IMG/VR virus record: IMGVR_UViG_3300020182_000022
Coordinates: 1-64,000 of that record
From: a virus
Length of the DNA stretch: 64,000 nucleotides
Strand: one strand, 5' to 3'
Below the pieces are notes generated by a model, which ran no database searches, was not told the DNA's origin, and was given only the letters and a program-made list of their open reading frames with translations. Both the position numbers and the translations under genes were made by a program. Shown here one piece after another: positions 30,703-40,700 of this stretch (its first letter is position 1; the number at the start of each line of letters is the position of its first letter).

Positions 30703-31125
30703 TTAAGAGTCGTTGTGAACGAGTATATCGTTGGCGAAGAAGCATTGAGTGTCTTCTATTGTTAGGTTATATACTTTTTGAGTCATATCGTTATGGATTT
30801 TGTGCATATCCACTATTTTGGTTTGTTCGAGTTCAGAGTTGAGAACTGTCAAACCTACGGCTATTTTATCCGCGCGAAGCCATTCACTATCTACATAAAT
30901 CTTATGATCATGAGTCAATATGATCGACTCACCGGTTTCTACTTGAATGTATATGAAGTCCTTGGATGAAGAGCTTCGGGTGGCTACCACATCACTAGTG
31001 ATGATCTTTTTCTTTTTCACCGCATATGACTTTATGCTCATGTCGACTGATGTCAGGCTCTCTATAATATAGTCTAAGTCGCGTTCTTCTGAATTGACAT
31101 TTATGACTGTAGTTGATGGTAGCAT
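30703..31125 (-). CDS. Stand-alone Hint (intein-like) domain protein (140 aa)
   Basis: Block A-like MLPSTTVI, block B LTHDHKIYV...WLRADKI, blocks F/G VYNLTIEDTQCFFANDILVHN, then only DS-stop. Confidence 0.85.
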   Translation of the reverse strand: MLPSTTVINVNSEERDLDYIIESLTSVDMSIKSYAVKKKKIITSDVVATRSSSSKDFIYIQVETGESIILTHDHKIYVDSEWLRADKIAVGLTVLNSELEQTKIVDMHKIHNDMTQKVYNLTIEDTQCFFANDILVHNDS

Positions 31126-31133
31126 GGTGTATA

Positions 31134-31140
31134 TACTTAT
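31134..31140 (-). promoter_or_regulatory. Late-type promoter motif ATAAGTA
   Basis: 8 nt before the ATG of the Hint gene. The same variant precedes gp19 and gp17. Confidence 0.6.
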
Positions 31141-31144
31141 CAGG

Positions 31145-34100
31145 TTACTTTGATAATCGACCTACTACTCTGTCGCGAAAGTCCATTATACTTGGCTCGG
31201 CAACTGAGTTGTTGACGGTAGTGCTGTTTCCTCCATTGTTAACTACTGTATTACCTTGTTTGTCAATTAAACCAGACTCTGTTAACACTTCCAGTACCTT
31301 AGTATGTATACCTGAGTGCTCGGTCATCAGTTCAACCATTTTATCCATTCGATTGATCATGTCTTTACCAGAGGAATCGGATTTCCCTGGTGTACTTGGT
31401 GATATGTTATCTTCATGTGATCCTATCAGAATATCACCCTTGCTAAATGTCATTGGTTTTTGACCAGGTCTCCATATAAAATCGTTCATTTCTGGTGCTT
31501 CAACTTGAACTGGCTTGGCTGCTCTCATGGCCTTGTGTATACCTACTTTCTCCAAAGCTCGTGCGAATGCTCTACCATCATCTGTCTCAACATCAAGAGC
31601 ATCATACATGAGGTTGTATCCGGCTAGTATATCACTAGTTATTGAATCTTTGTCAGCTAGTGTTGCCCACGGGTATTGGAAGTTGTCGATCTTTAATCCT
31701 TCATCCTTGAGAACTTTTGCGTATTCATTGACCATACTTACCCACCTTTTATGCTCACCCTCTTGGTTCGCGATTTGCATTGCTATGTCACCCATACCAC
31801 CATCCTTGTGAATAAAGTCTTCACCAGCATCCGAAACTGAGTCGTAAATATGCCCATATTCATAACCTTTCGTCATCTTCTTTAAGAAGTCCTTTTCATC
31901 CATCCCTGAAGTCTTGAGCAATGCTTTGTAATCCCCGGATTCAATTAATAGTTCCTTGGTTTTTTCCTCATCACCTTTTCCGTCTACCATGGCTTTCTTC
32001 ATGGAATCGATTAGATCGTTAGTGCGATCAGCTGTGTTATCTCCACCAACTGTATCCTCTATATTCGCGCGAGCTTTGGCTATTGTCTTTTGAGCAGTCT
32101 CGCTCAAACCAGCGACCGAAGCTGTGGCTTTAGTTGCAGCTTCACGTGATTCAGCAGCTTTACCGGATGCCTCTTCTTCTTCAGTACCAAAGAGTAGTTC
32201 GTATCCTGCTTTGGGGAGGAGGTTTTTTGCCTTGCTCTTCAACATGCCAACCAGGTCTATATCGAGTAGTGATGTGATTAAATCTCCAATTGGTTTTATC
32301 AACGTATTGTATACCCATTGACCTACATCTAGCATCCAGTCTGGAAGGAGTTCCGTAAAACCTACACTAGGATCAGCAAAGTCTGTAAACCATTTTGCAA
32401 TTGGGGCTATAACCTCGTCAAATACCCATCCCCCTATACCGGTCATCCATTTTGGTAACATCTCTAAAAACGCAGATTTTGATCCTTTTGGGTCCTTAGT
32501 AATGTCAGAGAATATATCCATCAGTGGTTGTATTGTGTTGTTATACACCCATTTTCCGGTATCTTTCAACCACTGTGGAATCAATGCAGATAGTATTTCT
32601 GATGCGCTTGTAGAGTTGAGTAGTTTGTCGAAATATTGTGATATTGGTAGTATTAATGAATCAAATACCCAATCACCAAACCCAGACATCCATTTTGGTA
32701 ATAGTTTTTTGAATGCTGCTTTTGCCGCCACTGGGTTGTCTGCTGTAGCTGTAAGCAACTTAGCGACAGGTGCTATAAGTGTGTCCCATACCCAAGTTCC
32801 AAAGTCTGTCATCCATTTTGGTAATAACTCTTTGATTGTTCCTATTGGGTCAGCAAACAACTTGTCAAACCACTTTCCTATCTTCTCAAACGCCTTTTTT
32901 GGCTCTGTGAACAGTGACTTGACGAATTCGAATGCACCCTCCATAAATCCGAATATAGCCCCGATCAGATCCTCATAAATCTTGGCGAAAGACCAACTAT
33001 CTAGTGATTTCTCTGCATTCTCGAATCCAAATGCACCCAGAAGCCAACTTACTGTATCCTTTATCAGATCTAACGGTAGGGTTAATATTTTATAAACGAA
33101 AACCAGCGCTTTCTCGACCATTCCCTTTTCATCCGCCTCTCCTGTGGAGGTGAATATACCTATAAATGAATCCCATATGCCTGTGAGTACACTAGTGATC
33201 TTGGCAAATATATCCTTGTATGTCTTAAAGAGACCACCAATCATATCACTAATCAAGGTGCTAAAACTGAATGCGTCCAATGTCTTCTCTGCTTCTTTGA
33301 ACCCAAACTTGCCGAGGATCCAACTAACCGCTGATTTTAACATATCCAACGGCATGGCGATCAAAGTATCAAACACCTTTGTGATTCCACCTTCTATTCC
33401 ATCTATAATCGATCCTTCTTTTTCGTAACCATCCATAAACCCGGTCACAAAGTCAAACACACCCATTATGATGGTGATAGGTAGAAATATCTTACCTAGC
33501 ATACCACCAAGCCCCTTGAAAAATGCTGTCATTCCTTTTATCACAGGATTCTTCAGTATTATGTTCATCAAGCGAGTGAACAACCCAGGCTTTGTAGCGC
33601 CACCGAATATAGGACTCAATAAAGACTTGATACTCTTACCAATATTCTTGATCTTTGTGCCTATATTTTTGAGTGTGTCTGTGACTGGTTTGAAAAACTT
33701 CTTGACACTTTTCCATAAATTACTAATTCGGGTTTTGAACTTATCGAAGAATGATGTTATAGGTTTAAATAGTTTTGCTAACGGTCCTCCTACTTTCTTT
33801 TTTAGAAATTCCTTCAGAGATATAAACCACTTCTGTTTTCCAATCTCTTCAAAGAATGCAAACAAAGCGATTATAGGTCCAATAATCAATGCGAAAGCGC
33901 CGTATCCTATCATTTTTAGTGCCTTCAACCAACTAGGAGCTTTGTCTTTAGGTGCTTCAGTGTCCTTAGTGACCCTATCAGTTATGTTATTTGACACCAC
34001 TTCACCTAACTGCTTCAACGCTTTGCTATCAAAGTTAACCACTGATACTGGCATTACATCTTTGAGTATTTTTCGAGAGGCTTTCTTCTCTTTATTGTTC

Positions 34101-34291
34101 TTCGCGTTTTCTTTGGCGATATCTTTAGCTAACTCCTTGTTCTCCTTAGCTGATACCTGCTCTTCTGTAGGTGCGAACATGTCATCCGGGTTGAACCTAG
34201 CCTTTGATGTGACCTCACCAGTAGGTTTGTCATCAAGCTTTTCGACCAGCTCAGTTAGAGCGGTAATTAAATCTCCTAGTTTATCTTCCAT
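31145..34291 (-). CDS. Tape measure-like protein (1048 aa)
   Basis: Long amphipathic helical protein with hydrophobic segments and repeats 'LLPxWMxxxGxWV(F/W/Y)xxxIxP'. Located in the tail/baseplate operon. Confidence 0.75.
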   Translation of the reverse strand: MEDKLGDLITALTELVEKLDDKPTGEVTSKARFNPDDMFAPTEEQVSAKENKELAKDIAKENAKNNKEKKASRKILKDVMPVSVVNFDSKALKQLGEVVSNNITDRVTKDTEAPKDKAPSWLKALKMIGYGAFALIIGPIIALFAFFEEIGKQKWFISLKEFLKKKVGGPLAKLFKPITSFFDKFKTRISNLWKSVKKFFKPVTDTLKNIGTKIKNIGKSIKSLLSPIFGGATKPGLFTRLMNIILKNPVIKGMTAFFKGLGGMLGKIFLPITIIMGVFDFVTGFMDGYEKEGSIIDGIEGGITKVFDTLIAMPLDMLKSAVSWILGKFGFKEAEKTLDAFSFSTLISDMIGGLFKTYKDIFAKITSVLTGIWDSFIGIFTSTGEADEKGMVEKALVFVYKILTLPLDLIKDTVSWLLGAFGFENAEKSLDSWSFAKIYEDLIGAIFGFMEGAFEFVKSLFTEPKKAFEKIGKWFDKLFADPIGTIKELLPKWMTDFGTWVWDTLIAPVAKLLTATADNPVAAKAAFKKLLPKWMSGFGDWVFDSLILPISQYFDKLLNSTSASEILSALIPQWLKDTGKWVYNNTIQPLMDIFSDITKDPKGSKSAFLEMLPKWMTGIGGWVFDEVIAPIAKWFTDFADPSVGFTELLPDWMLDVGQWVYNTLIKPIGDLITSLLDIDLVGMLKSKAKNLLPKAGYELLFGTEEEEASGKAAESREAATKATASVAGLSETAQKTIAKARANIEDTVGGDNTADRTNDLIDSMKKAMVDGKGDEEKTKELLIESGDYKALLKTSGMDEKDFLKKMTKGYEYGHIYDSVSDAGEDFIHKDGGMGDIAMQIANQEGEHKRWVSMVNEYAKVLKDEGLKIDNFQYPWATLADKDSITSDILAGYNLMYDALDVETDDGRAFARALEKVGIHKAMRAAKPVQVEAPEMNDFIWRPGQKPMTFSKGDILIGSHEDNISPSTPGKSDSSGKDMINRMDKMVELMTEHSGIHTKVLEVLTESGLIDKQGNTVVNNGGNSTTVNNSVAEPSIMDFRDRVVGRLSK

Positions 34292-34301
34292 GGACCATAA
34301 T

Positions 34302-34308
34302 TATTTAT
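34302..34308 (-). promoter_or_regulatory. Late-type promoter motif ATAAATA
   Basis: 10 nt before ATG 34291. Confidence 0.55.
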
Positions 34309-34321
34309 GGTCAGATCGTTA

Positions 34322-35107
34322 CTATTCAGTGGTGAATAGGCTAGCGTCTATACTAATGGACACTCCTTCTGGTAGAGATTCTGGAGTCAGGCATGCTATT
34401 TCAAATTTACGGGTTTGTTTAACAAGGGCTGCTAATTTGTTACTGACTTGCATAGGCAGGGATTCAAATACATTTACCATGTCTGATATATTGACATCAA
34501 CTCCTGGAGTGACTACATCTTCACCTATGATTATCGCCTGTATATACTTGACCAACTCAGATACATATATATCTCCAATCACATCCGTGACTTTTAATTT
34601 TTCTTTTGATTTTGGCTTTTGAACTTTCTTTGTGAATTGCTTGTTGTACTTGGTGTCTGTAGCTATATCAGGTACATGACATGTGATCTTGATGATATCA
34701 TGCTCAATCTCGAGGTTATCGGAAATTGATGCATCAAGTGATTTACAAGTAGCAATATGTTCACTCAAGTTGATCTCATGAGTAGTGTCATCCTCTTCAA
34801 TCTTAAGTGTACCACCGATCGCATGTTCTCTCAATTGTAACACGATTAAAGGTTTATCAGTCGTTAGTATTCGAACACTCTGCTTACAATTAGTTGATAT
34901 GATACTGTTGATAGCGTTCATGAACGACAAGTTTTCAAAGTCTGTATCAACGCTGCTGGATAGTAACAGCTTCTGTTGCTTGACTGTTAGTGGTGCAAAT
35001 GGCACATCATTACCAACACTCGGTACATATACACTCAGTGTGTCTTTATTGTTGAGCTCGTTAATACTAGCTAAAAGATTCTTATATGAACTATTGTTTG
35101 ACATCAT
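34322..35107 (-). CDS. Baseplate hub assembly protein (gp26/gp51-like)
   Basis: 'VYVPSVG..VPFAPLTVKQQKLLL' and 'D..LIVLQLREHAIG' match the T4-like gp26 pattern. Confidence 0.7.
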   Translation of the reverse strand: MMSNNSSYKNLLASINELNNKDTLSVYVPSVGNDVPFAPLTVKQQKLLLSSSVDTDFENLSFMNAINSIISTNCKQSVRILTTDKPLIVLQLREHAIGGTLKIEEDDTTHEINLSEHIATCKSLDASISDNLEIEHDIIKITCHVPDIATDTKYNKQFTKKVQKPKSKEKLKVTDVIGDIYVSELVKYIQAIIIGEDVVTPGVDVNISDMVNVFESLPMQVSNKLAALVKQTRKFEIACLTPESLPEGVSISIDASLFTTE

Positions 35108-35110
35108 ATA

Positions 35111-35138
35111 TATTTATCGGTGTGTTTGTGTAAATCAA
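35111..35138 (-). promoter_or_regulatory. Late-type motif TAAATA with TTGATT 16 nt upstream
   Basis: Reads TTGATT-N16-TAAATA just before ATG 35107/35104. Confidence 0.5.
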
Positions 35139-35139
35139 C

Positions 35140-36033
35140 CTACATACCTGGCATCATCGGTGAGGCTCCTACTGTACCACCTTGTGCTCGTTCAGCTTTC
35201 TCGCGGGCCTTTTCTTCCTCCTTACGTTCACGCTTGTAAAACTGTAGATATGTTTGAATTTCAGCTGGTGTTGATGTTTCTATCTGATCTCCAGGTAAGT
35301 TTATATGCTTAGCCATAAAGTATCTATAGTAGTACTCTGCTTCCAAGTTGGAGTTGTATATAACCTTCAGTAATTCGAACATGCTGTTGTTATACAAGTT
35401 TAATGTTATAACCGTTGGTGGGTCCTGGCCATATTTTATCACATCGAGCTGATAGTTCTGGTCTATCTCTTTGATCTTCCGGATTATATGCGTAGTTACA
35501 TCACTAGATATGTTGTCGATCAGTGATTGTTGTTGTTTCTGGTCAAATTGTGAGAAGTTAAATGTCTTCCCGGTGATGTGAATAGTGTCTATAACACTAG
35601 TGATCAGATTGTCAGTTGATGCTTCGTATATTGTAGATGGAGTGGCTAATTTAATTTTTATATCGTCGCTGATCTCTAGAAGATGTGTATACTCGAAGTC
35701 AAAGTTGGTTACCTTGTCAAGTATATCATATAGGTCTATCTTGAGCTTACTTATTTGCTGGTCCTTTGGAGTTATCTCTAGTACATTTGAGACGCACACG
35801 ATATATAGATTGATCAGTATACAAAAACTATCAATCCGAGAGATTTTAGCGGGTATCACTTTCTTTCCTGATAACCGATATATAATATCATTGAAGTGTG
35901 TTAGTAGTTGATCGTTATCGGAGTTTGATATTATCTTTACTATATCAAGGTAGTCTCTGTTGGTTATTTCACTAAAGTTATAGTACCTTTGTTTGGATGG
36001 CAGGTATACCTTGAATTTAAACGCGGTACTCAC
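35140..36033 (-). CDS. Second gp26/gp51-like baseplate hub assembly protein
   Basis: N-terminus 'VYLPSKQRYYNFSEITNRDY' parallels the adjacent gene. C-terminus 'MAKHINL...IE..TPAEIQTYL' is gp51-like. Confidence 0.55.
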   Translation of the reverse strand: MSTAFKFKVYLPSKQRYYNFSEITNRDYLDIVKIISNSDNDQLLTHFNDIIYRLSGKKVIPAKISRIDSFCILINLYIVCVSNVLEITPKDQQISKLKIDLYDILDKVTNFDFEYTHLLEISDDIKIKLATPSTIYEASTDNLITSVIDTIHITGKTFNFSQFDQKQQQSLIDNISSDVTTHIIRKIKEIDQNYQLDVIKYGQDPPTVITLNLYNNSMFELLKVIYNSNLEAEYYYRYFMAKHINLPGDQIETSTPAEIQTYLQFYKRERKEEEKAREKAERAQGGTVGASPMMPGM

Positions 36034-36072
36034 ATTAATATCTATTAATATTTACAGAAAAGTCAATTACTC

Positions 36073-37137
36073 CTAGGAATCACTCTGAAATCTATTATCA
36101 ACTGCGCGACCTGCAGTAGGATTAGACACAGACCGATTACCACCGGGTTTGTTTTTTGGTTTCCCTAAACCTCCTAGAAATCCAAGCACTTTATCAACCT
36201 TCTTCTTAATTTTAGTAGCTTTGTCAACAAACCTCTCGACTTTTGCTATCTTCTTGTTGAGTTTCTTAAAAAATCTAGACTTTGCTAGCAATTTGTTAGC
36301 CATGTCCTTTACAAACTTTTGAAACCCTTCTTTACTCATGTAAGCATCCATGTCTGTGTCTGGTAGACTTTCTACAGAGTAATGTGTATAATTCCAACCA
36401 GTATTATATAGTTGTACTTCGGCAGCATCGTATGTTAGCTCCTTACCATCTATCGAGACAGGCACACAATTATAAAACCTCCATATCTTTCTCTCGACCA
36501 ATGGTATTTGTGGGTATGTTTTGCCTAATTGTACGATGGATATGTTTGTTTTAATGTTTCTATTGTTATCGGTTGGTGGCCTGGCAGTCAATCCCATGTG
36601 GGATGCGATATATATCCATGGTCTTATGACCATATCTGGGAAAGATCTATTAGTTTCTCTGAATTGGATCTGTAGAGGTGGTGAAGCGCCTTTATTACCG
36701 CCAACCTTACCGGGTAGGAATCCCATGTTGTTACTAATCGGTATATCCTTGACTTCATAACTCTCTCCAGGTAGTACAACTCCTTGAGCAAGTATACAAC
36801 CATATTCATTAGCAGTGTGCATGTATGTTTGTCTAGTTATTTCTGATTTCGCTTGATTCAAATCCCAACCTTTCATCTTTCCTCCAGGACCGGCGATAGA
36901 ACCGCTCGACTGAATTGCTCCGTGTGGTTCCTTGTTCCACATTGTCTGAGAGGATATAACACTTGGTATCGTTTCGATGTGTACAAACCATAGAAACTTC
37001 ATGGGAATAGCAAATTCCCACTTGTCCATATGTTGAAGAAAGTTCTCAGTATGACTGAATGGATAGTTGAACGGGAAGATATCTGTACCTAACAGATTGT
37101 CTACCTTCTCGCCAATTCTTCTTATATCATCGAACAT
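36073..37137 (-). CDS. Tail tube-like / baseplate tube initiator (gp54/gp19-like) with a basic C-terminal tail
   Basis: Tube-fold motifs 'LAQGVVLPGE', 'LQIQFRET' and 'WRFYNCVPVSI...LTY'. Confidence 0.6.
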   Translation of the reverse strand: MFDDIRRIGEKVDNLLGTDIFPFNYPFSHTENFLQHMDKWEFAIPMKFLWFVHIETIPSVISSQTMWNKEPHGAIQSSGSIAGPGGKMKGWDLNQAKSEITRQTYMHTANEYGCILAQGVVLPGESYEVKDIPISNNMGFLPGKVGGNKGASPPLQIQFRETNRSFPDMVIRPWIYIASHMGLTARPPTDNNRNIKTNISIVQLGKTYPQIPLVERKIWRFYNCVPVSIDGKELTYDAAEVQLYNTGWNYTHYSVESLPDTDMDAYMSKEGFQKFVKDMANKLLAKSRFFKKLNKKIAKVERFVDKATKIKKKVDKVLGFLGGLGKPKNKPGGNRSVSNPTAGRAVDNRFQSDS

Positions 37138-37146
37138 ATGTACTAT

Positions 37147-37153
37147 TATTTAA
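37147..37153 (-). promoter_or_regulatory. Late-type promoter motif TTAAATA
   Basis: 9 nt before ATG 37137, just downstream of a terminator. Confidence 0.45.
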
Positions 37154-37164
37154 TGTACGTACAC

Positions 37165-37190
37165 AAAAAAGCCGTACACTGGGCACGGCT
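37165..37190 (-). terminator. Rho-independent terminator after gp19
   Basis: The minus strand reads an AGCCGTGCCCAGTGTACGGCT hairpin running into a U-tract. Confidence 0.8.
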
Positions 37191-37215
37191 AATTTGGTTT
37201 GTGATTTGGTGCTGG

Positions 37216-37755
37216 TTAAAATCTTGTGGATCGTACAAAGTGGTAGTTGAGAGTACAAGTGAATGTCACTGGTGCTCCTGTTCCCGCTGCAGTGTAGGTC
37301 ACTTCTCCAATTTCTTGAGGATAAGCGCCAACAAGCGTAAACTGTGCGACACGTTCTAGCTGTGTATCTAATTGTACCAAGTCAACAATCGATGTCTCCT
37401 TGGGCATATAGTAGTTACCAGTGCTTGTAGCGTCATCAAAGGTATCCTTACTCCATGTCAGTAAGAGATTACGAAGGCTGTCTTCGCGATCACTATAGAA
37501 TGTGAGCGGATATGTTCCGGAGTATGAAGCTGCACCAGGTACTTTAAAGTTCATGCCCATGAATGCTACGTCGTGGTTAGCTACAGTACGACCTGGTATA
37601 CTACCACCTTGGGCATACACTAGGTCATCCTCAGTGATAGCAAAAGCGCCATCTCCACTCTGAATGTTAAGTACTCTAAATTGGAAGTCACGACTGAAAT
37701 CTCTTTCTTGTGCGACTCTATAGAAATCTGATATTGTTTGTCTTACGTCTGGCAT
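37216..37755 (-). CDS. 19: Tail tube protein (T4 gp19-like)
   Basis: Contains 'SIPGRTV...V.FMG..FKVPG', 'LTFYSD' and 'LVGAYPQEIGEVTY'. Directly follows the sheath gene. Confidence 0.88.
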   Translation of the reverse strand: MPDVRQTISDFYRVAQERDFSRDFQFRVLNIQSGDGAFAITEDDLVYAQGGSIPGRTVANHDVAFMGMNFKVPGAASYSGTYPLTFYSDREDSLRNLLLTWSKDTFDDATSTGNYYMPKETSIVDLVQLDTQLERVAQFTLVGAYPQEIGEVTYTAAGTGAPVTFTCTLNYHFVRSTRF

Positions 37756-37764
37756 AGCTTTAAA

Positions 37765-37771
37765 TACTTAT
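37765..37771 (-). promoter_or_regulatory. Late-type promoter motif ATAAGTA
   Basis: 9 nt before the gp19 ATG. Confidence 0.6.
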
Positions 37772-37773
37772 GG

Positions 37774-40700
37774 TTAGGACACTAATTCACTGAAGTCTTG
37801 ACCGGTTCTAGTAGCATAAAAGTTAACTAGAATGAATTCCGCAGCGCGTGTAGGTTTGATGTAGATGTCTATGACAAGCTCATTGCGGTCAATAACATCT
37901 GGTGAATTGTTTCGTTCGTCGCAAACGAGCAAGTAATCGTACATACCTTGTGTGTTCTTTACCTCCTCGAAGATTGGACGAAGAACGTTTAGTACTTGTG
38001 TCCGTGTGAATAATGTGTTCGGTTCGAATACGAAGTATTTAACTGTATTCATTGTAGCCTTTTGTAGGTATAAGAACAACCTTCTAACGTTGATACGATC
38101 GAAAGCACTTGGTTTAGCTTGCATGGTCTTTTGACCGAAGATTGCAAATCCTTCATTAGGAAAGTTAGCAACTGGATTCAATCCAATTTTGTATAACTGA
38201 TCTCTTTCCTTCTGTTTTGGATAAAACGCAAGGTCTTGAATACCACTCACTAAGCCTCTTGTGAAACCTGCAGGTGCGATCCATGGATAGAAGTTACTAT
38301 CTGTATTACCCATTGCGGCGGCAGCGAATCCACTCATCGGTACCCAAACGCCACGGTTAAGTGCTTTATCGTTTGTGAATCCCCAGTTAGCGTAAGTACA
38401 GCAATAACTACTGTTCTTAGTACCACCGGTCATCATGTGACGCAACGGCCAGTAAATGTGTTGTGAGAAGTTTACTCCGGATTCACGTTGCTGGCTTGTG
38501 AGAGTTTTACTATTTCTACCTTGAACAAAAATGTATCTCAATGGATCAGCGATAAAGATATTGTCTTTTCTTGCGAATTGACTGAAACTCTTGAATGTAT
38601 CGAAGATTGTGTCGTATTGTGTCAAGTAATTGATTTCACTTCTGTTATCAATCAGCTTGGTTGTATACAATCCACTTCCGCTCAATCCGGTGCTGCTAAC
38701 TACATGATCTCCAATGTTGAAGAACTCTTCATCATCAAAGCTCTCAACTGTACCACCATCTGTACCGACATAAACTGTACCTAAACCGCTCTCAATTGTG
38801 ATATCAATCGGGAATAGATCAAAATTGTCTGCTAGTTCGAAGATACGATCCAATTTAGCTGGGATATTACCAGTTTCTTTAGCTGCAGCAGCTTGCTTGC
38901 GATACACACCGTGAGGATACACATTATTACCGTGCTTGATTTGAGCTTTTCTAGAAGCTTGCAAGTCTTGCCAGGATTTGATGTATAGTCGGTCTTCTTT
39001 TTCTTCATTTCCGTTGAGGAACGCTTGAGCTACCTTAAAGTCGTTAACTTCTTGAGTTGTATCTAATTTTTGATCTGATGTTAATTCATCGTAGTAACTT
39101 ACTGATTTAGCTGGAAGTACTCTGATCTTACGGGTCGGATAACCATTCTCGTCTAACCAATTTCCGGCATCTTTAGAGATACCTTCATTGAATTTCATGT
39201 AAAGGTTGTTACTATTACTAGCTTCACTCTCGATGAAGTAACTAGTAGCTGTACCGCCTGTGGATTTGAATGCTTCTCTAAAGTAATTAACACTACCAAT
39301 AACACTATCAGCAACGAGATAATCGAGCTTAGTAGCATCAGGTTCGAGTGTTGATTGACGTACTTTAAATACAGCGAGTGTTAACACATCACTGAACTCA
39401 TCAGTATTGAGGTCGAATTCACTCAAGTTTTCTAGAGCTTCACTCATACTACCATCTAATCCTACTTGTTGTTTATTTCCGTATTGATCGAAGATAAATC
39501 CAGCACTAAGTGAGAAAGTTAAACGGCTTTTAACACCTGTATCAGGTACATTAACATACCCGCCAGTTGTTCCGCCTAGCTTTTTACTTAGCGATTTCAA
39601 TTGTCCTACTGAATCAAAGTCTGTAGCAGGGTTCAAGTTAGTATTATCTGAAATACCGATGTAATAGCCTTCAAATTTCTCATTGAGAACAAATTTCTTG
39701 TCATTCACAATCATCATTCCTGCACCACCTTTTGTGAGTAAGTCATTGTAGGTTGTGAATTTTTGATTTTCTAGTTTACCAGCATTTGCTTGGCTAAGCT
39801 TTACTTCACCCTTGATGGTCTTCTGAAAATCATCGTTTGATAATTCGATGTTACTAGGCTCACCTAGATAATAACGATCACTAGCACTCAAGTCCCATCC
39901 AACACTATTAACAGCGTCTGCAACTATGTCTGCAACATCTGCGATTTCATACGCATTTAAGGCTGGTATACTCAATGGGTTACCAGCCTCTGTTTCCGAC
40001 CAGTATAGATTATCCTGTGAATAAGCGCTTACAGAGGGTATAGATGCGATGACGCTATCAACTGCGTCTTTAAGAGTTGTCCCGACGTAACCTCCTGGAT
40101 TAGTATCACCGAACTTCCACGCACTAGCTGGTACAACTTTTGTACTTAATCCAGAAGCAATACCTCCGGTGATGGTATAACTTTGATCACTCGATACCGA
40201 GTCATCGGCTTCAACTCCTTCAAGACCACCACCAAAAACTAAATTATCAGAGGTTATTAAATCTCCACCTGACACCACTTGCACTTGTTCATCAGGACTA
40301 GCGGTTAAATTATGAGCGGCGACTCTTTGTGTGAGTGTTCCAGGCAATGAACCTCCATCAAGTACAAGAGTACCAGCTGCCGGTACGACTCCATGTCCTC
40401 CGATAACCGCGATATGGATTCCAGATACAGGTTGGTTATCAGGACCGTTATGGTCGTTTACTATTTCCTGGAGCGTCTTGATACCGTCTGCTTCGACAGA
40501 TATTGTTTCGACGAATTCATCAGTCACAAGCCACAAATTATAAGCATCATTTGATTTATATTCTGCTTGCACACCATCTATCGATTGTAGTACGATACTA
40601 TTACCGGCGAACCCGGGGGTTACTACTTCAACAATCATGTCTTCATTGATAGGTGTGTTGTTGTAACCAAAAGTGGTAGCTCTAACAGCTGGTGTGTCTT

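Noticed and set aside
31126-31170. Frameshift or readthrough fusing the tape measure to the Hint domain
   Set aside because: The Hint ORF is in a different frame, with TAG TAG a few codons before the tape measure stop. There is no slippery sequence, and the Hint gene has its own promoter motif.
33468-34622. 384-aa plus-strand ORF
   Set aside because: It is antisense to the tape measure gene, reads as the shadow of Lys/Glu-rich codons, and has no promoter motif or recognisable domain.
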